64,000 bases of DNA from Octopus bimaculoides (lineage: Eukaryota): NCBI RefSeq assembly GCF_001194135.2, contig NC_068984.1, forward strand, positions 1,828,782-1,892,781. Direction: 5' to 3'. This document shows, piece after piece, positions 12,385 through 25,130 of this stretch (the stretch's first letter is position 1; the number at the start of each line of letters is the position of its first letter). The notes below the pieces were generated by a model. It worked only from the letters and a program-made list of their open reading frames with translations. It was not told the DNA's origin and searched no databases. The translations under genes were made by a program, and so were the position numbers.

Positions 12385-12580
12385 TTTTAGTTGTTTCAGG
12401 CACTGGACTGCGGCCATGCTGGAGCACGGCCTTGAAAGGTTTTAGTTGAAGAAATCGACTCCAGACTAAGTTTTTTTTTTATTTTTAGGTTTGATACATA
12501 TTCTATCGGTTTCTTTTGCCGAAGCGTTAAGTTATGATTAAGCAGTGGCGTGGGGAGGTGTGTTGGTGACGCACACACAC
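12385..12580 (-). mobile_element. SINE body
   Basis: GACTGCGGCCATGCTGGAGCAC.. reverse match. Confidence 0.65.
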
Positions 12581-13319
12581 AGAGGCACGTGTATTCGGGA
12601 TTGAAACCGTACTGTTTTGGCAGGAGGTCCCTTGTTTCGCAACACAAAACTGAACGCTTTTAATATTCGTAACTTTCTCACTTGTCTTAAAATAACAAAA
12701 TTGTCAACATTCTATGGAGATGTATTAAAAAGTTAATTTTTTCCTTCAAAGGTTATATTTATGAATTCAATCTCTCGTAACTTACAAGTTTTTTAAATAA
12801 AGAAATCTATAATTTTTATATTTCTATTATTCCAATATTTTAATTAAAATAATATTCAAATTAAGCTAACATTGCTTATAAAGACAAAAAGCCTCCAATT
12901 TTAGCAATCAACAGTTCAAGGGGAGTAACTCTGATTGTTTCTAATCAACAGCTGTTTTAGTTGAAACGTTTCCTCTGGTGAAAACTTGTGATTTTCGCTG
13001 CTCATGGAAATAGAAACCCGTTCACATTTCTTGTTATTAATTGTTATTACTTGAAATGTATTGAGTTGTTTCAACCACGTGTGTAGAAACTGTTTCGCAC
13101 GTCATACTTACATCTTGTGCTTCTCTCAACTTTATTGGCCGAACTAACCAGTCCCCAAAATATCTTTAACTTCCTTCGACAGATATCGATATTAATAACA
13201 ACTTCAACATCTTTGTAGTTGTCTATACTAATATCAATTAGTGCTTCTTTATAGCTGTATATATTTATATCACTTACTGATTTCTTGTAGCTGTATATAT
13301 ATATACGTACGTACTCAGT

Positions 13320-14940
13320 TATGTATGTATGTATGTATGTATGTATGTATGTATGTATGTCATTATTCAGTTTATTCCAAGATTTCTTGCCAATAGAGAA
13401 AGAACCGGTTTCTAACCTAGATCCATGCCTCCTTCATTGGAATTTCAACATCAACAATAGGGTATTTTTGTTTGTAGGTATGTGTTTATGTATGTATGTA
13501 TGTATGTATGTATGTATGTATGTATGTATGTATGTATGCACATTTGTATGTATGTATGTATGTATGTATGTATGTATGTATGTATGTTTGTATATGTGCA
13601 GATTTATATGTCTTGCTTTATGTATGTATTCTCATGCATATAGTTGCATATCTAGACATGCTCATATATACTTAAGTGATAAACTTCTGGAAAGTTTTAC
13701 AAATTTTTACAGTTCCAGTGATAGATTGGATCTGCAGTCTTCGAATTAGCTTTCTCCTTTCTGCTTTTGAGAAGCCTAATTTCTCAAGATTGGTATTTAG
13801 GCAGTGTGTTACATATCCCAGGGCCCCAATAGTTACAGGTATAAACCTGAACTTACAATATGGATAGAGTAACTGCAGATTTCTCATTAGTTCAGCATAG
13901 GTGTTCTCTTTTTCACTGATCTTCAGTTTTATACTAACATCCGCTGGGCTGCTAATTTCCACAACTGTGCACAGTTTCTCTTCTCTATCCCAAATCATTA
14001 CATCAGATCTGTTGTGCTTATATTTTATTGAGGTTATCATTACGGAGCTTTCTACTAACATATCTTCTGCTCATTTAGGCTCATCCTTTCATCTGATGAT
14101 ACGTTGCGGTAGAGTGGTGCGACTTCTTTGGTCATGTATTCTAGGTTAGCAGACAAAGAGTGTTGCTGAAGGAGCTGCCTTCCAAGTCTTATGATTTTAT
14201 CAGCCTCATGTATGCAAACTTGGTCAAGGGATGCACGTCGAAACTTGGCGGTTAAAGATGTTACCGAAGGAATATGATGCGACATTCAAAGGCATTTTGG
14301 ATCGATGTTAAGCCTTTGCCACCTTGTTTCGTTTTAGGTGGAGGCGGTCTACATCACTGTTCATGTGGACATTATGTGTGCATGTTAGTATTTTTCAGGT
14401 TTTCACATTAAGCGTCCTGTTAAGCAACCCAAATATTGATATGAGTACTGGCAGTGCAAACACACTGTGGGCTATTGTTTTATTGAATGCAGAGAGTTCT
14501 GAGGTCCAAATTTTCTTTATTCGGTTGTAATATTCTTTAGCGACACGAGTTTTGTTACAGGTGCCATTGTAAGATATGTTTTCTTCCACCCTTAGATACC
14601 TGTAACATTCCTCGTCAGATCTAGTGGAAACAATCAAATCATTAATGGAGACGTTACTAGTCTGGTTTATAGTATTCTCCTTTTTCACAACCATATAACA
14701 TTTATCCTGACCAAACTCCAACCCTGCATCCTTTGAGAATGTTGTAACCTGGTCAAGGCTTTTTTTCATCTCATGTATATTCTTTGCATATAGTTTTAAG
14801 TCATCCACAAAGAAACAGTGTGTAATTTTGGTATTTCTGTTTCTTTGTGAACCAGAGAGATATCCTCCAGACTTCCTTAACACGAATGACAAGGGGTTTA
14901 CAGAAAGAATAAACAGCGTCACAGAGAGGCTGTCCCCTTG
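13320..14940 (-). mobile_element. R4/Dong-like (RLE-type) non-LTR retrotransposon, 3' half, decayed
   Basis: RT LSFVL..THCFFVDDLKLYAK (14395..14922); RLE HNRSDV..VEISSP..EKENTY..IPVTIGALG (13672..14061); 3' region runs into (CATA)n repeats. Confidence 0.85.
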
Positions 14941-14944
14941 GAAT

Positions 14945-15420
14945 ATGCCTTTGCCTATCGCAAAGGCATATCGGTGATAATACAGTCACCCTTTGATGGA
15001 CGCGTGATGGTGAGAAAAAGCCTACGAAAATTCAGACATCTGCTGACAAACGGGATTTCAAATTTCTGAACCAACCAGCTGCATGCAGTCTGTGGCCCAC
15101 CACCTTTCGTCTTTGTACCTCTGCGATCAAAGACTGGTACTGCACTGCTAAGCAAGCGAGGCAAAATCGAAGCCAGGTGGTGGCAGCATTTTGGCATTGT
15201 TTTGGATGGTGAGAGAGTAGTAAGTCTTGTGGTAATCGAAGATCTTACACAAGTACCTGGAACCCACCAGCTGGATGATCCATCCACCAATGAGGAAATA
15301 ATAGTAACCATAAAATTGAATATTAAAAAAGTTCCTGGGAATGATGGCATTGACGCTGAACTGTTCAAAAAGGTGGTGATGAGATTTCATCTTCCCTGTT
15401 CGGTGCCATTTACGACAATA
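14945..15420 (+). mobile_element. RTE-like LINE fragment, pre-RT/RT start
   Basis: LDDPSTNEEIIVTIKLNIKKVPGNDGIDAELFK. Confidence 0.65.
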
Positions 15421-16019
15421 AATATCTTCGTGTGTCATTAAGAGCCAATGATTTCTGCTTTTACATGGTCTTCTGCTCTCCATTTGGTCTTTGCTGTTTA
15501 TCTCCTGCTGTGACATTGAACAGATGAGAGTCACATCTTCCCCTGGATCAGACTTCATTCATCATAGGCAGGTGTTTTCCGAGATAAGAATTAAATAAAG
15601 CAAAATCAGCTAAAAAATGATTAACTACAACATACCTGTGATGAGTTAGATCCTCTTCTGTCGCCTATTTAGACTTAATGGATTCTACCAACCTGCATTA
15701 ACCTGCATTACCTATGTAATGCCAGGTGGACCTGGCCATCGATGTTAAGTGGCTTACATACAGGTAGAGTATTAGTGAGATCATAAAATCAACTTTGGCT
15801 CCGGACACAATAGTAACGACAAGACAAGACATTACCAACCGATGTCATAGAGTTGATATTAAACGCGTGCGTGCGTGCTTACGTGCCTGTGTTGCGAAAT
15901 ACAGTGTTAATGCTGGATAGTATCGTCGTCATCATCATAACTGTCATCACAATCGTCGTCGTCATCATCATAACTGTCATCATCATCGTCATGATCATGA
16001 TCCTGATCATCAACATCAT

Positions 16020-16420
16020 CATCATCGTTTTATGTCCATTTTCCAACGCTGGTATGGGTTAGATGGTTCTCACACCATCCGACCATTTGTCACAGTCATT
16101 CCTTATCCGTCACACGCACAGCATATCTCTTTGTTGCGTGCGATAAGTTTCTTTCTATGGCGGGATGCTCTCCCTGCCACCAACCAACATACAGCGTGGT
16201 GTCAGCGCATGTTTTTATACCTCCTGCTCAAGAGAGATCATCTGCGGTAATACCAAAGATTATCCTGATCCAACGCTGCTGCCATTCAGATCTTCTGTTT
16301 CTGACAGACATTTTACAGAGAGATGCCCCTCCCTTTACCAATTTCTTCATAGCTGGAACTGAGGTGCTTAATAACGGAATAGTAGTGTGATGGTAAACAG
16401 CCAGACTCGAGAAGTCGTGT
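16020..16420 (-). mobile_element. RTE-tail-related repeat
   Basis: (ATC)n then TTTTCCAACGCTGGTATGGGTT and GGATGCTCTCCCTGCCACCAACC. Confidence 0.5.
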
Positions 16421-16436
16421 TGTTGAATGGTTAAAC

Positions 16437-16557
<121 letters not shown>

Positions 16558-16733
16558 GACGGGGGAAAATGTCGAACAGTCACTCCGTGTATGTTTTATG
16601 TTTAATGCGAGGACAGTGAATGATGAGTTATTTATACGAATATATATTATTGATAGGATGATGCAGGTGACGTAAACGGGAACCAACAGTTCTATACGAT
16701 ACAACATAACAAAATATCTATCTACCTACCTAC

Positions 16734-16794
<61 letters not shown>

Positions 16795-17676
16795 CATACA
16801 TACGTATCCATACATACGTACATGCAAACATACATATATGCATGCATCCATCCATCCATGTCTTATAGTTTGTTGTTCAAATCCCACCGTCTTGTATGAA
16901 CTTTGTCTTTCATTCTACAAAGGCTGCACCCAATGAAATAATTCCAATTACTATTTAACCTCCCACCCACCCANNNNNNNNNNNNNNNNNNNNNNNNNNN
17001 NNNNNNNNNNNNNNNNNNNNNNNNNNNNNNNNNNNNNNNNNNNNNNNNNNNNNNNNNNNNNNNNNNNNNNNNNNNNNNNNNNNNNNNNNNNNNNNNNNNN
17101 NNNNNNNNNNNNNNNNNNNNNNNNNNNNNNNNNNNNNNNNNNNNNNNNNNNNNNNNNNNNNNNNNNNNNNNNNNNNNNNNNNNNNNNNNNNNNNNNNNNN
17201 NNNNNNNNNNNNNNNNNNNNNNNNNNNNNNNNNNNNNNNNNNNNNNNNNNNNNNNNNNNNNNNNNNNNNNNNNNNNNNNNNNNNNNNNNNNNNNNNNNNN
17301 NNNNNNNNNNNNNNNNNNNNNNNNNNNNNNNNNNNNNNNNNNNNNNNNNNNNNNNNNNNNNNNNNNNNNNNNNNNNNNNNNNNNNNNNNNNNTGGACCAA
17401 GTGTTGAGCAACCATGCTATCACCATTCATATCAGAGTCGAAAAAAACCTTTCTGTTTGGCCATGACATGGTACTTTGTAGCCTGATCTTCAACAGCCTA
17501 AGATTATAGTAAAAATTATTTGCCAACATAACATGGCAGTCCTGGTTTAGGACGAATGTTGCTGTAATTTAGCCCCAGGAGACATCGTCTCCAGCTGGCT
17601 ATACGACACGATCTGTGTCCTTATATTTTCAAACAAGGGAATCTAGCACCCCCCCCCACTCAGCTCAAAACAATAT

Positions 17677-17719
17677 CTGTGTATCACGATTTCCGGGTTA
17701 TTTCCCTTCATCAGCACAG
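17677..17719 (-). ncRNA. Candidate minimal type I hammerhead ribozyme (Penelope-type)
   Basis: CUGUG-CUGAUGA-AGGG(AAAUAA)CCCG-GAAA-UCGUGAU-A-CACAG: 5-bp stem I, near-palindromic stem III, one A.G mismatch at the base of stem II. Confidence 0.55.
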
Positions 17720-17749
17720 AATAATTGTTCGCCTAAGATTAGACCAAAA

Positions 17750-18460
17750 TCACTGATTCCAATGCATTAACTTGGACATAGATAAAGGAACTGGAGTGTA
17801 ATCACCCATGATCTCATGTTTATGGACTGACCCTTCACTCTCACTCCCATCCATAATAAAAGTGACTTGAACATACTATTACTCCCCTATGCGCTAAGCA
17901 CACCCCAACCAGCAAGACTCACCGACAAAAATAAATGCAGGCTCCAAAATGAAAAGCCAAAAAGATGAAAAAAACATCAGAAAGATAAAGAGAACTGATG
18001 GATCAGTTAAAAGACTGCCAGCAGCAGCAGCACCCCTTCCCGAGAGCAAATAAATGGAGTTGAAAATGCAACCTCCTCAGAACTACATTTAGGTTTATCA
18101 TTAATGCCCAAAGTCTTTTATTCCTTTCCAGAAAACAAGCATCAGGCCACTGTTTATTCCACTGGCCATTGATTGATGAACACAACATCCTTCACAATGC
18201 CGCCAAAGATATGGAGGAGATTCCACAGAACTAATTCTGCTCTGTCTTCAGAGATCTTGATGTGATTGACTTAATTGAAGTAAATCACCAACATATCCTC
18301 CCTGACATAACTTTTGGTAATGAGGACATCTCGGCAGCGTTTAATAGAATCAAACAATACATTCTGGCAAACAACTCCCTACTTGAGTGCCACAAAATTA
18401 AAGACGATTTGGAGAAGGAAGACATGGAATGTGAAGAACAGCCTTTACTTAAGTTGTAAA
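17750..18460 (+). mobile_element. Degenerate CR1-like LINE fragment
   Basis: PLIDEHNILHNAAKDMEEI and PDITFGNEDISAAF resemble the CR1 pre-RT region. Confidence 0.45.
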
Positions 18461-19099
18461 CTCAGAGAAGTACAAACAGACAATTATGGCAGGAAGGAGG
18501 ATGAAACGGATTTATAACACCGGTGGAGAATAGTGTCCAGAGGGCAAACTGTTGAGGGTTACAACCTCGATTCATGGCTCGAACAAAGTCCCATCTTGTG
18601 GCTAGATGAAGTGGAGACAGAGTAATACTGTAGGCGGAACCATAAGAGACGGGAGAAGGAAGAAAGAGGGGCAGCAGGGAAAGTATGAAATAATTTGAAG
18701 TAAAATGTCAGGTTTGCAAGGGAAAAGGCAGAAAACTTGAGATTTTCGCATGTGAGGATCAGAAGTGCGAAGTGCTGCTGTTTGCCAGGCAACGGTTTAC
18801 TTGAGCGAGTTGAGATGTTGTTGGTATTTTCGATCAATACGACTATTTATTGATACAAGGTAAATGTTAAGAAGTTTATTCCATGTGTCAACAAGCACCA
18901 AAAAAAAAAAGGGTGCAATTTACTCAGACATATTTAAGGAGGGAAAGCAAGCAGAGTATGTAATATATTTAATGGACTTTATTGAATTGTGGAACTCAGA
19001 ATGAATGTGTGCCTTAAATAGGGAATCACAGAGAGCGAGTGAAGAAGATGAGTTAGTGCAGGGTTCGGGTTCGGGTGGACACAGCTGAAACGATGGCAG

Positions 19100-19560
19100 G
19101 GGGGGGGGGCTTAGAATCGCATGAGTTGGGAGTGTGTGAATGTTAATTCAATGAGAGAATCGAAGATTGTCATGTGAGTTGATTCTTTGTGGTTGAATAT
19201 TCCACTGCACTGTACCTATCATGATGACTACAACAATGATGACGATGTATAGAAACGTGTATGTTCCCAGGAGAAGAATCCACTGGAGTTGTAGTGAAAA
19301 GGACAGAAGGCGGAGGAGACAGCACGTCCGCGGGTGAGAGGCTGAAGTACGTTGGTGAGTGACTTTATACTAATCAGCCGAGTGGCCTTTTATTTGAATG
19401 AAGTCTTGGATGTCTGTATGTATAGCACCGTCCTCGGTATGGGAGCCAAACTGTGCTGTAGGCCTCCTCACCTGAGGACTGGAGAGGGTCGTCTGCGGTT
19501 TGAAGTATTTTTACGGCTGTGAAGTTGAAAGTCGATCTTTGTGATGTCGTTTCAGTTAAG
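19100..19560 (-). mobile_element. Degenerate LINE 3' end (Jockey/CR1-superclade-like)
   Basis: LQPLTRGRAVSS resembles the LQPLSHRRxVASL motif; similar remnant at 43480-44260. Confidence 0.45.
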
Positions 19561-20399
19561 GATGTGTGTTAGCCAGGAGAGATCCGTCGTAATATTAAGG
19601 GCCAGCATCTAATACTACATACACACACACCCACACACTCACACACATGCACACACACACACACACACGTACGCATACACACATACACATATGCACACTC
19701 ATACACACGTACACACACACACACACACNNNNNNNNNNNNNNNNNNNNNNNNNNNNNNNNNNNNNNNNNNNNNNNNNNNNNNNNNNNNNNNNNNNNNNNN
19801 NNNNNNNNNNNNNNNNNNNNNNNNNNNNNNNNNNNNNNNNNNNNNNNNNNNNNNNNNNNNNNNNNNNNNNNNNNNNNNNNNNNNNNNNNNCTCATCGTTG
19901 TCGTCGTTGTCAGCGCTATGGCAGCGATGGTGGAAATGATCAGCCATGAAGAACCGAATCACGTGACAGTCTTCGATTCTCTCATTTAGCGAACAGTTCT
20001 TCCCCCAACAGTTCTTCATTTCGTCTCCAAAGAAATTCTTCAGCAATTCATTTATTTCTAAATTGACTTCCAGACAACTTCAGCTGCTCAAATAATTTTC
20101 TAATCTTTCATTCATGCTTTCCTTCCCACTGTGTGTGTGTGTATGTGTGTGTGTATGCGTGCGTGTGTGTGTGCGCGTACGTGAGAGAGAGAGAGAGGGA
20201 GAATGTCTGCGTGCGTGTGTGTTTGCATGTATGCGTGTGTTTGCATGTATGCGTGTGTTTGCATGTATGCGTGTGTTTACATGTATGTGCATGTGTGTGC
20301 AAGTGTGTGTGTGTGTGTGTCTAATATTGCTGTTGTTTCAAATGTTTGTTTTTCTTTCTCTTAATCTATTATTTATCTAGTTTAATGATTCTTTTAATG

Positions 20400-20950
20400 G
20401 AATTTTTACTAGCGATGACAGTTAATTTCATTTCCATCTGAAAACTTTAAGAGGCTTTTTAGATAAACATTGGCGTTGGTAGAAATATGGTTCTACTGAT
20501 TAAGAAACCATATTCTGGCTGTCAGAAGTCTGGAGTCTGTTATCCTGGTTAGTTGACGGTAATGCCATTTTATTGTTGGATACCTTCCACGCCATGCTGC
20601 TCTCAACGAGATCATAATGCACGACCAAGGGGCCAGTGAATTGCTAGACTGAGGGCATGGTATGATAGTTTTTCCGTTCCGCGGTGGTAGGCCCTTCATT
20701 TGGGGTGCCACATGCAGTAACACCTTCAGTAACACCACCAGCCAAGGCTCCGCAGTTCGTCAGGCCGAGAAAGCAAACTGTCAAAGTATCGGTCACTCTC
20801 TGACAAGTTTGTGGTCGAGCCTTTGGCAGTGGAGACCTTCGGCGTTCATGGCCCCTGGACCATATCCCTGCTCACCGCTATGGAGTGTGTGTGTGTGTGT
20901 GTGGGGGGGAGATGGCTATCCGCAAGTGTGAACCTCATGGTTCAGAGTGG
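20400..20950 (-). mobile_element. Degenerate RTE-like RT fragment
   Basis: Broken QPEYGF..SRTIF resembles the ESQCGFR..RST motif. Confidence 0.4.
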
Positions 20951-21804
20951 CTGTTGCAGCGCATCTTCCTCGCTATCCTCCGGGGCAAAACCTTTTCCTC
21001 TTTGTCTGCTGGGACCATGAGTCAGACTGACCCATGATATTTCTTGGCTGTGAGGAAGAGAGAAGATATATTATCTTCTACATTCCCTGACTTGAATAAT
21101 ATTCTTCCATTCCTGCTTAAATGCCTCACCCAATGTTCCTCTAATACTTTGCAGCAGATCTTTATGTCTTTCTCTCTCTCTCCTGCCATTTCTTTCTCAT
21201 CACCACACTAATCCTACGTCACAAAGACCGCATTCGACTCGCAAGAAATGATAGCAAAATCTCCCTCAAACCCTTAGACTTAAGCTTAGATCCATCATAG
21301 GTCCTCGGATTCATAAGGGCCGGAACTTGCTGAGTTTAGACGCCAATACTCCGTTCACATCATCACCAGCGGTTTTTCTAACTGTTCTAACTAGAACTAT
21401 TCACTTTGTAACTCGTCTAAAATCGTTGAGTTCTTAATATACGCCACACTCCATAGCTCTCTGTTTTGGATTGAAGATATTCATCTCCATTCTCTGATTT
21501 CATCTTTCTCTGTAACTCCAAACAATTCCTTGATTTTCCATTTCCCTCACATGGATAAATCTCAGACATCGAAATACGTCGGACAGCTCGCACTCATAAC
21601 CATGGCCAACACAATGAGTCTTCAAGCGCTCCAGATTTCTTCCTTAACCCAATCTCCGCTCAAATACCACAATCCCAAAAGTCACAAAAACTCAGATACA
21701 AATTGCTGTATCATTTGCATTTCATTCTACGTGAAATTATGACAACAATTGAAGTTGTGCGCCAAGTTTTGTCAATGGAACGAAACGATTGGCTGGGCCT
21801 AACC

Positions 21805-21876
21805 AAGCGTAGTGTTTAAGAGCATGGGCTACTAACCCCAAAATTCCGAGTTCGGTTCCAGGCAGTGACCTGAATG

Positions 21877-21930
<54 letters not shown>

Positions 21931-22085
21931 TCATCGAAAAATACCTTAGGAATGAGAACCCAGGTTCGAAATTTCCCCAAGACACCTGATGAAGGCTGGA
22001 GGGTATATCAGCCGAAACGTTGTGTTAGCAACAAACAAGATGAGGACAAATGTCCATCAAATGTAAATAATGTAAATAATGTAAA
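21805..22085 (+). mobile_element. tRNA-headed SINE-like element with hammerhead tail, copy 1
   Basis: GCGTAGTGTTTAAGAGC..GGGCTACTAACCC..GAGTTCGGTTCC head, (AAT)n, body, hammerhead core, (TGTAAATAA)n tail; homologous to 34373-34656 and 57704-58155. Confidence 0.85.
21981..22026 (+). ncRNA. Candidate minimal type I hammerhead ribozyme
   Basis: GACAC-CUGAUGA-A-GGCUG(10 nt)CAGCC-GAA-ACGU-U-GUGUU: 5-bp stems I and II, palindromic ACGU stem III; predicted cleavage after 22021. Confidence 0.7.
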
Positions 22086-22139
22086 CCAGAGAATTCTATG
22101 ACATGTGGGTGTTAGCAAAAAATGGATACTTTTTATTCC

Positions 22140-23350
22140 ATGTAGGAATGTGACAGCAGCCGTTCGGCATAAGCTCACAGGTCCGAAATGGTTGGACACT
22201 GCACTAGTGCGTGCAGAACGTTTTCGTCGCTCTGACCGCATCCGGGGCAAGTCGGTCCTGTGTATCTCGAACCGTGCCTGTAGNNNNNNNNNNNNNNNNN
22301 NNNNNNNNNNNNNNNNNNNNNNNNNNNNNNNNNNNNNNNNNNNNNNNNNNNNNNNNNNNNNNNNNNNNNNNNNNNNNNNNNNNNNNNNNNNNNNNNNNNN
22401 NNNNNNNNNNNNNNNNNNNNNNNNNNNNNNNNNNNNNNNNNNNNNNNNNNNNNNNNNNNNNNNNNNNNNNNNNNNNNNNNNNNNNNGGACAAAATACAAT
22501 GTAGTGCTTTTCTTTTCGAAAGAAAAAGGGAGGAAATAGAAGAAAAAGGGAAGAAAAAATTCCGATCAAAAGAGATCGTGTAAAAAAAAAAAACCGATCA
22601 AAAGGGATCATGTATCACAGAACAGAGCAAAAATGTAAAAAACACAGATTAAGTTTATCCGTGGAAAGAAAAGCCTACGAAAAAGACCACGGTATCCTCA
22701 GGCAGGGAGGGAAAAAACACGAGAGTAAAGTGTTCTCTCTCTCAATTTACAGGATCATGCTCAAAGTGGTTTCGTCATTCACGCGTACCATCTTTGCTAC
22801 ATTCACCCACCTTTTATCGAATCTTTCACGAGACAAAACCTGCCTCTCCATTCTCACCTTCCTTTTCAAGTGGTACTTGAAAAAGTTGATGAGCGATTGG
22901 TCAGAGAGGTAAGTGTTTGTTTCTAATCCTTTCGCTCGAGTCCACCACACATTCTTTCACCATGGCCACCAGTATGATGAACACTGCCTTGCCTTTCCGG
23001 TTGAGGGAAGATGGGGGAGCAATTTTCCCGATAGACTCGGCCGATAACCGAATTCGTCCCACATGTGACAGCAGCCGTTCGGCATAAGCTCACAGGTCCG
23101 AAATGGTTGGACACTGCACGAGTGCGTGCAGAACGTTTTCGTCGCTCTGACCGCATCCGGGGCAAGTCGGTCCTGTGTATCTCGAACCGTGCCTGTAGAA
23201 CTTATCCCGAACGGGCAATGCTTCCCGATAGCACTGTCAGACCAGGGATCTCTGATGATTGTCCATAGGTCCCGGCCCGAATGTTGTCCTGAACAGGCGA
23301 GTCAGGTGTTCCTCGTTGAAGAAACAGGGGAAGATGAACTATGTAAATGA

Positions 23351-23381
<31 letters not shown>

Positions 23382-25130
23382 AAAGTGTGTGTGTGCGTGT
23401 GTGTGTGTGTGATAACTTTCTTTATTAGCCACACAGGGCCGAATACAGAAGGGACAAAATACAATGTAGTGCTTTTCTTTTCGAAAGAAAAAGGGAGGAA
23501 ATAGNNNNNNNNNNNNNNNNNNNNNNNNNNNNNNNNNNNNNNNNNNNNNNNNNNNNNNNNNNNNNNNNNNNNNNNNNNNNNNNNNNNNNNNNNNNNNNNN
23601 NNNNNNNNNNNNNNNNNNNNNNNNNNNNNNNNNNNNNNNNNNNNNNNNNNNNNNNNNNNNNNNNNNNNNNNNNNNNNNNNNNNNNNNNNNNNNNNNNNNN
23701 NNNNNNNNNNNNNNNNNNNNNNNNNNNNNNNNNNNNNNNNNNNNNNNNNNNNNNNNNNNNNNNNNNNNNNNNNNNNNNNNNNNNNNNNNNNNNNNNNNNN
23801 NNNNNNNNNNNNNNNNNNNNNNNNNNNNNNNNNNNNNNNNNNNNNNNNNNNNNNNNNNNNNNNNNNNNNNNNNNNNNNNNNNNNNNNNNNNNNNNNNNNN
23901 NNNNNNNNNNNNNNNNNNNNNNNNNNNNNNNNNNNNNNNNNNNNNNNNNNNNNNNNNNNNNNNNNNNNNNNNNNNNNNNNNNNNNNNNNNNNNNNNNNNN
24001 NNNNNNNNNNNNNNNNNNNNNNNNNNNNNNNNNNNNNNNNNNNNNNNNNNNNNNNNNNNNNNNNNNNNNNNNNNNNNNNNNNNNNNNNNNNNNNNNNNNN
24101 NNNNNNNNNNNNNNNNNNNNNNNNNNNNNNNNNNNNNNNNNNNNNNNNNNNNNNNNNNNNNNNNNNNNNNNNNNNNNNNNNNNNNNNNNNNNNNNNNNNN
24201 NATAGGTCCCGGCCCGAATGTTGTCCTGAACAGGCGAGTCAGGTGTTCCTCGTCGACACCCAGATTCTGCTTGAGAACGTCGTCACACCTCCCCTCCACT
24301 AATCCTCTACAGAACGCCTTCGTGGAATTGAAGTCACATAAGTTTGGTCCCGGACGGCAGAGTTGCTTGAGAGCAAGGCGGCACACACAGTGCCATTCGC
24401 CCTTCCTCGGCCTCTTCTTGATCCACGACTGCAGTTCGGCCAAAGAGGCGAGCTGCGGGAAAGTGCACCTCACAAACGGCGACAACACCTGTTCATTGTC
24501 GTCTATGAAGCGCCGGAGATGTCGCCATCTCAGCGCATGTCCGCGCATCATCAACCACGGCATGCCCAGCCCTCCATTTAGCGGGTGTTGACAGTAAATG
24601 GATCGCCTAACCATCGGAACGCTTCCTTTCCACAAAAAGCAGAAGAGTATGCGTTCCAGTTTGGCGATGGTAGGGTCAGAACAAGGCGCGACGGTCAGAC
24701 GGTAATCGATGACGATTGCAATGTACGCGTTCGCCACTTCCTGCATGGTTTTCTTGTTGTTGCTGTTGTTGTTGTTGTTGCTGTTGTTGTTGTTGTTGCT
24801 GTTGTTGTCTCTGTGCTAATGGGCAATTGATTTTTGGGTGTGATTTGCTACCACATACGTAGCAACGTGGCTTTCTGCCTTCGACGGCCACGTGCAAATT
24901 CGAACTGTCTGTCAGTTTGATAAGATGTGGAATCCTTTCAATGCTGATTGGATCAACTTGAGCAAGGATTTCCACTCCTTGACCAGTCCAGGACAGCGAT
25001 TTCCAAGATGTGGATTGCCTCCTCGATATCATAACAAATGGCAGACAAGCCATTTGATTTGTATTTCGGGGGCACATCTTTGATTTTTATTTTTGTGATC
25101 CTACGACCAAGGTATGTAGGTGAAGGTGTT
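22140..25130 (-). mobile_element. Tx1-like (L1-superclade) LINE: ORF1 remnant, ORF2 C-terminus and tandem 5'-truncated copies
   Basis: Zinc knuckle CYVCGSKSHPKINC; ORF2 FLWKG..GGLGMP; C-terminal CPGCGQSDENVLHALVQCP; duplicated blocks 22142-22283/23063-23198, 22487-22541/23452-23504, 23264-23318/24201-24255. Confidence 0.85.

Noticed and set aside
13395-13445. Minus-strand GAAACCGGTTC motif, also ~61530-61575, resembling a hammerhead 3' half
   Set aside because: CUGANGA core and stem II are not intact in either copy.
20005-20045. Minus-strand CUGAAGA..GAGAC-GAAA
   Set aside because: No convincing stem I or stem III.
21805-21875. tRNA gene (loop CTACTAA), also at ~34535-34600 and ~58085-58155
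   Set aside because: T-stem and acceptor stem do not pair and each copy runs into the same repeat body; these are SINE heads, not tRNA genes.
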